A DNA stretch of 64,000 nucleotides from Bugula neritina. Lineage: Eukaryota > Animalia > Bryozoa. Position numbers and translations under genes: made by a program. The stretch spans positions 1,984,001-2,048,000 of the forward strand of contig OZ037765.1 of the NCBI GenBank assembly GCA_964035545.1, in the 5' to 3' direction. Positions within the stretch are counted from its first letter, which is position 1; each line of letters starts with the position of its first letter. Positions 50,253 through 63,300 of the stretch are shown here, one piece after another. The notes beneath the pieces were generated by a model. It had not been told where the DNA came from, made no database searches, and saw nothing but the letters and a program-made list of their open reading frames with translations.

Positions 50253-53200
50253 CTATGAAAACGTTTTTCTGGAAGATTTTTGGTATTGGAAATTATTTAG
50301 ATGTAGAAGTAAACTCAAGCAAGCTCCTGTCAGCATGCTAGCTCCAGCCATATAAAAAGTTGCGTCATAATTTCCTGTCTCGTCAAATAACCAACCTGAA
50401 AGCAATAATCATACTTTCCTTCAAAAGTCAATTTATAACATTCTTTAGAAATAATTTGTAGATATCTATTTCACAAAAGCACGTCTTGAACTTCAACAGG
50501 TAAAGAGAAAATAGGAGAAAATCAGCTTTTCTACTGGGTGTAAAAATATTTTTGCAAAAGCATTTGTGCTAAAAAATTTGAATTTGCTAATTTGTTAATT
50601 GACTACAACAAATAGCTTGAGCTACTTACAGCATGTAGTCTGAGGCACTTACCTCCAAGTGGAGGACCAAAGACTATAGTAACTCCTCTTATCATACAGA
50701 TCAACCCGAAACCATTGGTCAGCTTTTGCACGCCAATCAATTCACATATGATAATTGGCACCAATGAGATGAAAGCACCTAGAATATGCGAGCAAACATA
50801 TTTATTTAGTCAGCAGTAAAACATATTGAGTAGTACTACATTAGTTCTGTGCCAAATATTTTTCAATCAGAATCGGTTACCTGAAAAAAGACCATACATG
50901 GCGATGACCGCTGCCATTTCTATATAGGTGTCTGTAAATGGAATGAACAAGACAGACAATGATGTAAGAATCATGCAGGCGTTGTTGAATTGTAAGGCTG
51001 GAAGTTTCGGAAAGAGTACAAACAGAACTCCAAACAGCAGACGTCCAACTGTGTTGCAGATTCCTAAAACATTTAAGCAGTTATAATATAGGGGTAAATA
51101 GTTTTGTAAATTCTTATGATTTGTAAGTTCTAATCATGTTTCTTTAGAAAACAAAGCATTATGTAAGTACAAAAAAAGCTACGGCAAGCCAACCAGTCTA
51201 CCAGTCAAAGAAACCAGACAAGAAACCACCCATCAAGTTCAGTAAAACTTGAGTATTATAAAACTTAGTCTAACCTCACCCATGATAGAGACAAGTAAAG
51301 CTGCTTTCTCTTTATCAATGTTGTACTGTGGTTGTCTGGCTCTGTTGGTGATCAGAACAACTGGTATGTAGAACCCAATCATGAAGAATAGATTTGCTGC
51401 GCAAAGGATTAGCATTCCGTGGTGTTTTAAAACACACGGGTCAGTCATCTCTATCAGAACTTCAGCTATAGGCTTTGGAAGCTTCCGGAGACATGACTGG
51501 TATCGTCTGTTGGTCTGAAACACCAAGCAAGCTTGTAAACTGATGTAGGAAAAGCACATTGGAACCTCTATTGGTGTAGTAAAACAAACCAGTAGACTAG
51601 TGAACTTCCAAATATCAAACTCTTCAAAAAGAATGAAGCAGTAATAAAATAATATTAAGTTTATTATTTTCTGCCAGCTAAACTGTTGAAGCAGACAGAC
51701 ATAACGGACAACTTTATTGTATTATTTTGTCACACTTCTAGCTATCAATAGCTTTAAGTAAAAAGTTTCTGCTTTTCCTTAGTTCTACTACTACAATGAA
51801 ATTAAATAAAGTTAAATTAGATTATAAGGTATTTGAACTGCTAACCTTTGAGTCACTAAGGGTGCTAGGTAGGGAGCCAGAAAAATACTGGTCTGCACTA
51901 ATATTGTAAATGGAACCGCTGTAAAATATATCTTTTGCATAAAGAGGTCTCAACACGTCTGGAACAATCTCCATTGTTGTGCCGGTATTGTGAGTCACAA
52001 ATGCGCTGGCATGTAGTCTTGAACTTTCAGTCAGGCTTTTCCTATGAGCAGTCAGTTTCATTGCTGAGTGTATAGTCTTATCTAAAGTTTATATAATACA
52101 AATGCATTGCTTTCATAAACTTTTAGGCATGAGCGACTTAGTTTGAAAGCAGGTTTTGAAGTTTAAGATTTGACATCAAAGATTTTATTACCAGCTTCAT
52201 TCAAAGATATTCAAAGCTATAAAATTTAAATAGGGCACTAGACACTTTGGTACATATTATAAAAACATTGTCTATATAAGCATGTGCTAATTGATCCATT
52301 TAATAATTATTATAGTTAACCGCTACACCACAGGGCCCACTGGGTAAACTAAACACTACATGCCACCCAGTTCTCTAAAACTCCTGTGGTTTCTCTACTA
52401 CTCCTTTAGGCTCCCCTGACCTCTCAACTCCCTTGAAGTATTACTACTAAATTTTAATAAATGCCGAAATAACTTGTAAAACTTTTGCCCCCACTGGAAT
52501 TGGAACCTAGACCTCTAGCTTGCAAGCAGGCAAACTAACTACTATACACCGCAAAAGCCACTGGCAAAACTCAACACTACAATAGTCATACCTAAATGAT
52601 TGACCCATAATTTTGTGCGCGATTCTCTTTTGACTTCTCTGCCTAAACTAGTATTTCCCTCTCCATGTTGTGTTAGGATCACATTTCCTTCAGCACCAGA
52701 CACTGAGCTGTCTTCAGATGTATTGTGAAGTAAACACTTTTGCTCTGTCAGTGTGGAAGTTGAACTGCTAGCTTTTAGCACTTTGCTCCTGGCTGTCAAA
52801 GGTCTCATTAAACTGCCAAACACACAGCACTGCAGCATCAGCCCAGCTAAAAGTATCAGAGACACAGAAAGTGGGAGTTTGAAGCATAGTCCTGCATTAC
52901 AGCCTGTAAGTTTTTATTAACATTATTGCATAACATTATTTTTAAATACTATAATACTTTTTATTAACAAACAATACAGCAGAACAATTTAGTTTGCATA
53001 AAACTGCTGCAACTAACTTGAACTTGGTTTGATAAGCTTTATGTTTAGCCGTCTTTTTCACAAGCAGACATACATCACAATTATAGATGTGTAGTAAATA
53101 GACAATGTGAACTACAAGCCATAAATGCAATGTAACATCATATTTACCAAAAACAATGTGGGTTCCTTTCCAGCCTAAGTTCTCTAACAGATATTCTGTA

Positions 53201-55274
53201 AAAGGAGCAAATATTATAGCACCAAACCCTGTACCAGCTACAGATATGCCAGTGGCTATGGCTCTTTTTTTCCGGAAATATAAGCCAACCCCGACAATTG
53301 TTGGCAGATAGATCATTCCAAAGGCTATTCCTGCAAAATCAACAACTATACCATATTCATATAATAACAACAACTATGTAATCGAAACTATATATATATG
53401 CAGGCATATAAGATCTATGTATTGCATACCCTACCTACATATGTACAGGCAGCAACTATTATATAAGATCATTTGATGAGCAAATCAGCGGGCTATAAAA
53501 ACGAAATATTTTTTCAGTGATAATACTTTTTACAACTACATAATGTGTAAAGAATTTTATAATTACATAATTTATTATGTAACTTATTATTATCATAAGC
53601 TAGTGTTAGATATAATGACCAAGTCAAGTTGAGTAACAAACAAAATTAACTAAATAATTACATTTATAAGTTGATTAAATCAATAATTACTATTAATTTA
53701 TTTAACTAAACAATATTATTGTTTATATAAATGACTTTATTCCAGGACTACTTTATACTCTTTAATGTGACAAGACTCTTTGATTTAACAACTTACTTCT
53801 TAGGATACTATAAACATGCACAGTAGTACACAACACTTACCTCCTAGTACGCCGTAAGTTACTTGAAATACAGTGACTGACGGAGAAAATGTGCTAAGTA
53901 TAAACGGAAGGGTTCCGATAAGACCTCCAGTAATGGCCACACTCCGGCAGCCATATTTGTTTATTAGTGCGCCAACTATGGGTCCTGTAAAACAGTACAG
54001 ATAATTGGACAATCTTTTGATATCAATTTGCAATATTTTGTTTAATTTACAGCACATAAAATGCTTCATCTTGTAATATAAAAGCGAGATATTGACATTT
54101 TTTTTCTCTTCGTCAAAAAATATTGTTAAAATTACTGAACTATGCAGTTACCATGCTTTTCTAATTATAATGTTTTTAATAGCACTAACAGGTTATAAAA
54201 AGTTTAAAATAGGAAATTATGCTCATTTTGAAATAGTATTTGATACAAGCAATCCTCTCCTACCTTCAATAGCATGGATACCGAGGTACAAGGAATTAGC
54301 TAAACTGATACTAGATACACTGGAGTTGAAGTGCGTAGCGTACTCTTGTAGGATAACTCCGAAACTGAAGGCTATACCGTCCACGATGACGTTACAGAGG
54401 AAGGAGGCTAGACAAACAACCCAACCCCAGCCTCCATCTGGTGCCAGACCTTCTGCACAGTCTAAAAGAACAATACATGAGGACAGTTATGAATTGGGGC
54501 TACAATTAGCACGCTTAGAAAGATAGGTGCAGTAATTTAGATATTTAGAAAAGCCTGTGTTCTAGCTCCACAAGCTATGCTCTTTTGAGATTATCAGCTG
54601 CACCCCAAACTAAAATTTAAAAACAAATAAAGAACTTCGATTATTCCAATTTACCTGTTACTGTACCTAAATGCAAGTGTCATAAAGAATACATTTGACA
54701 AGTTTATGTCTTGGTTTTAAGCTAACTAAGGTGTTACACAGTTTTAAATAGTCTGTCTTTAAAATTGTTAACTGATTTTATCTGAAAGCACTGGCTTTAA
54801 TGTTATAAATACAAAAGTCGATTTGGTAAAATTTCTGTAAAAACCAATAATCAGAAGATTATTCTAAAAAGTTCACTAAGAATTTTAAATAATGAATATT
54901 AACTCTGACAAAATGAATTGGTAGTTTAACTTTTATAAAACATCTGCAGCTAGAAATACTTTCTCTCAAACTCAGCCCATCATATTTCACCATTTTAGTT
55001 TGTAAATTGAAACAAATAGCACTAAAAACTTGCATAATTTGAGATATAGAATAGCTTGCACCTGACTCAAAATTACAATTGTTACTATCCGCTGATACTG
55101 AATCACCACCTAATGGCGATATTGTGTTGCCACACCTACACTTGAGCTGTAGTTACCTGTTTCTGGTATTGACAAGCTGTTGCTGCTTTCAGACAGTGGT
55201 TCAGTTAGCTCTACTTTTTCAGTCAAACAACTACAGCAGTCGCGTTGACTCGACAATTTCTCTTTCAATTCCAT
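50253..55274 (-). CDS. Monocarboxylate transporter family (SLC16) paralogue 3, inverted orientation
   Basis: Exons 55274-55157, 54461-54264, 53984-53841, 53330-53148, 52846-52592, 52081-51846, 51514-51280, 51063-50881, 50778-50653, 50395-50253. Motifs: APDGGWGW, YFRKKRAIATGI, AKDIFYSGS, NTVGRL, GPPLGGWLFD. The start exon is less certain. Confidence 0.9.
52312..52361 (-). mobile_element. tRNA-derived SINE-like repeat, truncated copy D
   Basis: The reverse complement reads TGTAGTGTTTAGTTTACCCAGTG-GGCCCTGTGGTGTAGCGGTTAAC (leader plus A-box only). Confidence 0.65.
52481..52582 (-). mobile_element. tRNA-derived SINE-like repeat, copy E
   Basis: The reverse complement reads TGTAGTGTTGAGTTTTGCCAGTG...CCTGCTTGCAAGCTAGAGGTCTAGGTTCCAATTCCAGTGGGGGCAAAAG; it begins ~10 nt after the exon 5 donor. 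Confidence 0.72.
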
Positions 55275-58200
55275 TTGACAGTCTTTTCCAGGTTTAGTTT
55301 ATTTACATATCACCCCTCTTCTTTGCCAGCATGTCTTTTATTTCATAATAATCTGTTTCCAGGCTGTCACAAATAATTCGATGATATATAATCCTTCAAT
55401 CTTCATAAAAAGTTATTGGAGTAAACTGTCACTTTATAAACCACCTGGGTATTCTAAGATTTAATTTACTGCATTTGAGTTGACTTAAAGTTAATTTCTT
55501 TTACTGTATAATTGGAGACACATGCGTTGCCGGGTTGAAGTGGTAGTAGTAAGTGCATGACGTACTTGTTACAAGGTTGAAGTAGAAGCTTTCATTCAGT
55601 GGAACACTTGCATTCATCTCATCCTTTATGTTTAACTATTAAATGGACAATTGATTAATAGCATTTAAATGTGAAGATATAGCTATTTCATTCAACATTT
55701 AAGGTTGAAGTTATTGAAAATATATAAAGAAATAATAAAAAGAAAATTAATTATTCAAGTCAAAGCAATATAAGGATATCAAAACATTTTAAATTTTTAT
55801 TGAAAATTCTACCAAAAAAATTTCAGAAACTTAACTAGTTGTAAAGTGGACATTATTCATCACTAGCTGGAATATTCACAACAATTTCATTTTATCTTTC
55901 TGTAACTTGAGGTGTGCTCCTGAAACATTAGGCAGTTTTCAACTAGCAGAAGACTCAATAGAATTAGGCAAGCTACATGGACAGCTAGTGAGCTAGAAAT
56001 TGCTTCTATTGAAACTTCCTACAAGTAATTGCTTAAGGGTTTCCAGGTGCTGATTTACATTTATACAACAGATATACAACTTATAAACAACTTATTTGAA
56101 AGCTAAGCGAATTTTAATTATAAACAGTCAAAATAAGTGTTCCAGTAGCAAAAGCATTTCAATTACCAAAAAAAATAGTTCACTGACAATCTTTCAACAT
56201 TATATATAATTATACTTCAAATAAAGCCAGGCGTACATAATTTTTTGAAATGCAGTGCATTCTGGGTATTGAGAACAAACAATAGACCATTAGAATGCCT
56301 TTTATAGATTATCAGAAAGGTCAAAGTTTGTAAGTTCTTTGACAGTAACCAGAACAGGAGTTGATTTAATTATTTCAAGTTTTAGGAGAAAGTTGAGTGA
56401 AACTATTTGGAAATACACACGGCATTATTTTAGTAGTTGCAGTAAGTTACACACAAAAAATTTTGTACCACATCAGCTATGCAAAAAGAATTACTTTGGA
56501 TTGAAGTTGCATACTTTTAAATTTTGTACATGCAAAGATAGCTTGGGCTTTCACTTTTTAACAGTTGCTTTGGATTTGAGTACAGAATATACTTTACCTA
56601 TTGGGCAGATAACTTCCTATATTTCAATATTATATTAATTTTCTCGTTGAAATTTGTTTGGTTCGTGAAATATACAACTGTCTTTGTTGTAGTTTTTACC
56701 TAAAATGCAAGCTTTTCTAATCTATCATTTAAGTGCAGTCACGCTAAAGTTTCAACAACTTTAAACTTTCTTGTAAACTTTTGTTGTTGGCACAAGAGAA
56801 CATAACTTCTTTTACAGATATATTTTTCATCTATAACATCTACGGGCAGTTTTTAAATTTCTCCAGTACAACTCTTACCTTACTACATAACTAATGACTG
56901 CTGCTATCCTTCTTTGAGCTGTAAATATATGTAAGACATCACTTTGAAAAAGTACAAGTCTAAGAAACCATTTGCAACATTTATATTCCCTGACAAAAAA
57001 TCACTTGAGACTTCAAGTGACTCCAAGACAAAGGTCAATATCTAGGAAGGGTCAACTACAGCGGTGTCTGTAAATTTTTATTGCTTTAAATTACCAGTAG
57101 CTGCATTTAGGTGCAGAAGAGAAAATATTTCAATAGCCTAACTTCTTTTATTTTATCAATAGATTGTGGTTTGAAGCCTGAGTTGAATGTCTCACCAATG
57201 ACTATTTCAGAAACAAAGAGAAGTGCCAATATTTGATTTGATTTGTATATTGAATAATAATATAATTTAGAGGTTGGTCATTGGTCTAACAGGCATATAA
57301 AAATTTGTAACGCCAACAAAATGTGGAAAGAATTATTTTCACTTAGGCTATCCCAATAGAAAAAGCATTTCAGACTGCAGTAAGGTAATAATAATGATGG
57401 AGTTGAAGTTTTTCATATCTGTTTCGAATTATAACATAGTTATATAAACTCCCTATACAATGAAGAGGTGAAACATTCAATTAGTTACGAGACAAAGTTA
57501 TATATTTGACATGGACTAGCTGTTGTGCAGTTAATATATCTTTTCGTTTCAAATCTGCTATTTTTACATCTAAACTTTTTATTTACCCTGTAAGGAGCTA
57601 AAAAGTTCTGCACCAAAATATACAAGCATTCTGTTATCAGGTCTGTAATTATTTATAGCTATATTGTATATACAACTTTTAGTATCTATTGCGTTTTTAT
57701 ATATGTGTGAAATGATGCATAACCCATGAAACATTGTAATTTATTTGAATGTACCCATAGAAAGCTTGAAATTTACTTACTCTATCCATTTATATCATAT
57801 ATTGAAGAGTATTTTTGGGGTATGAAATTTATAAAAACTATAAGTTATTAATACATTTAGCAAATGTTTTTTATTGAAGTGCATAAAGCTTCATGTCAAT
57901 GCTTTAGTTCTCTAATATTGATAAAGTGTGTAGAATAGATAACTCTACTACTTATTTATATAAGTATAAATTCAACTAGCATGTGTTGTTTAATTAATAG
58001 TATTCAGCAATAAATATTTCAATCATTAATATTAGAGTGCAAATGAAACAACAATATTATAATGGTGAGAACAATATTAATCTGGAGAATTAGCAGGAAA
58101 TACACACGAGATAGAATAATATATATCAGTTAGGGCAGAATAGTAGATATACAATCTGATATAATATAATATATTGGAATAATGTGACAAATCATAAACA

Positions 58201-58719
58201 ATGGCGCAATTAAATACACAGAGAATACCAAAAAGGTAACACATAAATTCAGTGAAATGCAATAAAAGTGATAGAAATATCAATATGGCATATTTACAAG
58301 TGTTGTGTTCTTGAAAATTTTATTTTAAAGAAAAACTTTAATGAATGAATACAGTGCTCCCTCCATCTCTCAAGGATTTGTTTCTAACGAAATTCCATAG
58401 GTCATGAAAAAGGCTTGGGACTTTGTTTGGTGGCTTATGTATGTATATAGAGACAAAGTAGCTAAATTAAACAGAATTTGTGAATTAAGTTCAATATTCT
58501 ACAATGTCACAACTTGCAGTGAGATACAGAGAAAGCATTACAACTGAACATAATTGAAAAGTACTTTGCTTATATACAATACACAATATCTGAGCTGGTG
58601 TGTTATGTGTTACATAATCATTTGTTTACATGATACTAATCAGTGTAGGTATTATCTCATATACTAAGTATTAAATAATCACTTAACATTTCTGTAGCTT
58701 GTATGCAGTTGAAGCTCTC

Positions 58720-60285
58720 ATGGGTGAAAAGTCAGAAACTAAAAGCAGAATCTCTTATGATGAGAAGTTTGAAAAGTCTTCCACATTCGACGAGATTGTC
58801 GAGACTGAGAGCTTTACCACCAGCACTGTGACTACGGCAGGTACGTAGGTGTATGTAATACTGTATAGTAGTATATATAATACTGTATAGTAGTATATAT
58901 AATACTGTATATATAATACTGTATAGTAGTATATATACTCGTATATGAAATACTCACGCAATATAATAAACTCACGCAAGTTTATAGTCATCATCCTTGT
59001 GAGAAACCCTGGTGGAAAGGGTTTTTGTTAAATCATTACCAGCTGAATTATTCAGATGTGGCAGAAGAACCATTTTGACTGAATGCTCTGTCTAACATCA
59101 CCAATGACCTTTACTGGGGTTAATGACCAATGCTGTAACCCCTAGACCACAGCTGCTCCCTGTACTAGTATATGTAATACTGTATCTATAATACCTATAT
59201 AATACTGTATCTACATCTATATAATACTCATACTGTATTTATCATCTTGCTGTCTGTCGTGTCCGACTATGACTTCTGGTGTATCATTAGTCTCCATCTG
59301 GGTTTGTCAAGTGACAGCATTTGCCATTTACCGAGAGATATCTCCTTGTCTTTAAGGTTGCATTTAATGGTATCTTTGTGACGGAGCCTCGGTCTGCCAA
59401 TGTCACAGTAGCCTTCTGTTAGCTGTGAGTATAGAACCTGTTTTGAGATCCTAGTGTTGTCTAATCTGTTGGTATGTCCGGCCCATCTTAGATTTCTTTG
59501 GATGAGGGTGTCATATAGACTGGTAATGTTGGTTTTTTGAAGGATCTTCATATTAGATACAAAGTGCCACCATTTCACTGACAGTATCTGTCTTAGCCTA
59601 GGGCCACACGGTGCGTATTTTCGCATGCGAAAATTGAAATCGCAAGTAGCAAAGGTGTCCACTGTAGCGTTAGTGATGCGTGATAAATAAAGCTTTCATT
59701 TTTAAATCGCACTCGCTTTCAATAAAACGCAATTTACTGGAATGTAGCACTAAAATAAAGAAGTTGGGCTCGCTGAATAACTATCAGCCAATTAGGTGAC
59801 GACGACAGAGACGATTCGCACTTGCGTTGAGAATGCAGAGCGACAAGTGCGAAGGTTTTCTCAACGCGCACAGTGGACACCTTTGCTACTTGTGATTTCA
59901 ATTTTCGCATGCGAAAATACGCACCGTGTGGCCCTAGGCTAAGTTGATTCATAAAAAAGGCATTCAGCTTGTGTGCCGTGATCTTATAGACTGTGCATGA
60001 CTCCACTCCATATAGCAGTGTAGATAAAACAATGACTTGGTAGACTGCACATTTTGTCTTGGTTGTCAGGTCTCCGTTATCCCAAACCCTTTCTCGTAGC
60101 CTTCCGAAAGTTTGTGACGCTTTTGACATTCTCAATTGAAGTTCTTGATCAAGTTTGTTGTTGTTTGTGATGGTTGAGCCAAGGTATTTGAAGTTCTTGA
60201 CTGTGTTGAGGATTTCTCCATCTATACTAATCTTTTCTCCCTTAATCATGTTTTCCTGGTGATGGTTGATACATCATCTCTATTA

Positions 60286-60352
<67 letters not shown>

Positions 60353-63300
60353 CTGTGTCTATCTATATACACCACTGTGTATACTTGGGTGAGTGTCATC
60401 AGAACTACTCATCTATTAAACATTCTACCTGAATGATTAGTCATACATACATTATATCACTTGAATAAATTCTTTATTGCAGATACCAGGAAAGCCCTAG
60501 CTCCAGATGGTGGCTGGGGGTGGGTAATCAGCGTAGCCACATGCCTACTCTGTTTCATAGTAGAAGGAGTTGGCTATAGCTTTGGAGTATTTTTAGAATA
60601 CTATACAGAGTCGTTTGACGCCAGCGTGAGAAACACTAGCTTAGCCAGTGCTTTGCTCTATGGAGTGTTTTCTATTGCCTGTATGTACTTACTTTATATC
60701 CTGTATGTACTTACTCTATAGCCTGTATGTATTAACTTTATATCCTGTATGTACTTACTCTGTCTCCTGTATGTACTTACTCTATAGCCTGTATGTACTT
60801 ACTCTATCTCCTGTATGTACTTACTTTATATCCTATATGTACTTACTCTATTGCCTGTATGTACTTACTCTATTGCCTGTATGTACTCACTCTGTTTCCT
60901 GTATGTACTTACTCTATAGCCTGTATGTACTTACTCTATCTCCTGTATATACTTACTTTATATCCTGTATGTACTTACTCTATATCCTGTATGTACTTAC
61001 TGTATAACTTTCATGTACTTACTGTACTTACTTGCAGCTTGCATAACTAGCGATTGATGCTTTAACTTGCTTTAGTGTTGCCAACCCTCTTAGTTAAATA
61101 ATCAACGAAAACCGTTTACAATATACAAATAGCAAGCTGTTTCTAGTTGAGCTAACGTTTATATATATTTTGTTTTTGTAGTTAAAAGGCAGTTTGTTCA
61201 TTTATTAAACATGCAGCTTATATCCTGCAACAGCCATTTACTGAAACTGAGATTGCTCAAGAGAGCAGCTTTTGTACATATGCCTAGTGAAATTTCTAAC
61301 ACGTATCTCTGTTTATTCTGTAGCTCCAATGGTTGGGGCGTTGGTCAACAAATATGGCTGCCGTCCTGTGTGCATCACAGGAAGTCTGATCACATCGACA
61401 GCGTTTGTCCTCTGCACCTTCTCTCCCTCCATTTTAGTCTTCCAGATACTCTACGGAATTGCTGGAGGTAAGCAAATAATGCATTGGCTACATAACATTA
61501 CTTTGAGGAGTGAATTTTAATAAGAAATTATCAGCCAATAGTTTCATAGCGAGAGGCTGCAGACGGTTTCATAGTAGGCAGCATAACTACTTGATTCTGA
61601 TGATACCAACCGGTTAGAATGTTTTAGGGTTGTGAGAATTACACAATACTTACATTACTAACTATAGTCTAAGAATGCAACAGTTTTATACTCGCAGGTT
61701 CAATTCAACTATAGATATACCAAGAGTGGTGGTTAATTCTGTGCACGTTTTAGGACTAGGATTCTGCATGATGTGCCTACCAGCTGTCCTGTCTATTGGA
61801 ATCTACTTTGATAAGAAGAGAGGAGTTGCCATGGCGATAGGGCTTGGAGGAGTTGGGGTAGGAGTGTTTGCCCTCGCCCCCTTCTCCAGATACCTGATTC
61901 AGGAATATGGGTGGAAAGGGGCCCACTACATAATCGGTGTGTATTTTATCTGATACAAGAAGCTTAGCTTTTTCTAACTTTGCTTTCCATGTATTTCCTA
62001 CTGCACAAATAAAGAATGCTCTAACCCATTTCTAAATTTCCCAATACAAAATGTTGATGTAATTTTATTGAATGGCTTATTTTAAGTTTAATATTTTCGT
62101 CGGGTAGCTATTCGACTCTTGTCATACATTGTTCTGTAAACAGTTGTAGCTAAATCTTTCATCAACAAAAACCTAAACTTAGATCTTAAACTCAAAATTT
62201 GAACCAATAAATAAAAAAATTACTGATAGAAAGAATAGTACATTTTGCAAATAAATAAAGGTAAAACTTATAACATTAGTCCTGAATTTTTTTTAGTATA
62301 GCAAAACATTAACATTCATTTGGTTTTATTGTTACTAAATTTGGAAACAATTGCTACTTTCTGTTTAGCAGAGTTATTATTCCCCCAGTGATTCCCATGT
62401 AAGAGTTGTCTTCTATCTGCTTGTTAAATAATGCAGGCAATCTAAAGTGTGGAAATTGAGTAGAATAAGCACTTATCTACTGTGTATGCTGGTAATGGTA
62501 ATAGCTCTATAATTGTTATTTGGATAGTGTATAATGTATAAAGCTACTTGTAAAGTGTATTAGTATCAAGGAAGGAAATTTTATTGTCGGCTGTAAGAAT
62601 TAAGTAAAGAGGAACTAAACACAACACAATAAATTATACATGATCTGATGGCTTATTGTGCTTTATAATCTTAAAATTAAATATTTTTGAAATTGCATAC
62701 TTAAGAATTACTGTATACTATAGATTGCTGATAAACTGATATTAATTAAAATATTGGCATAGATGTTTAACTATTTCAACACAAAATATGAAGTTTTTAG
62801 TTCACGCATCTTTATAACCACATTTCAGCTGGATTGCTTCTACAGAACTGCATTCTGGGTTCCCTCCTCCGACCTCTTGACCCTACACCGAGCACCTCTA
62901 CAGATGAGCTGAGTGGAAAGTTTGCTTCACAAGATCAAGGCTCAGATGAGATGGAAGATGACACAATTAAAAATAGACTTGTGAAGCCAAATACCAGGTA
63001 AGTGTAAGAAAGAAGATTAGATATTTTCATATGTTTGATTTAAGCCTTCATTCCTGAGAGACTTCTGATGGCAAGAACTTTAAGCAAGTTATATACTATG
63101 TGTAGCCATACTCAACATGGCGACTGCTTTTTGAAAAATTTTGCTGGGGATCAGGAGCAATTGCGATTAAACGCTGTTGCTGACGTCACAAATGGCAAAC
63201 TTTTGTACTCTAACCATTGCCATTTGCTATTTTTAACTTTCTTATTCTCATTTAGAAAACAGCTTTTAAATATATCAAACTATGACTATCTTTTTAATAT

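Noticed and set aside
54092-54526. 144-aa plus-strand ORF (likewise 13182-13550)
   Set aside because: These are antisense shadows of real exons on the opposite strand.
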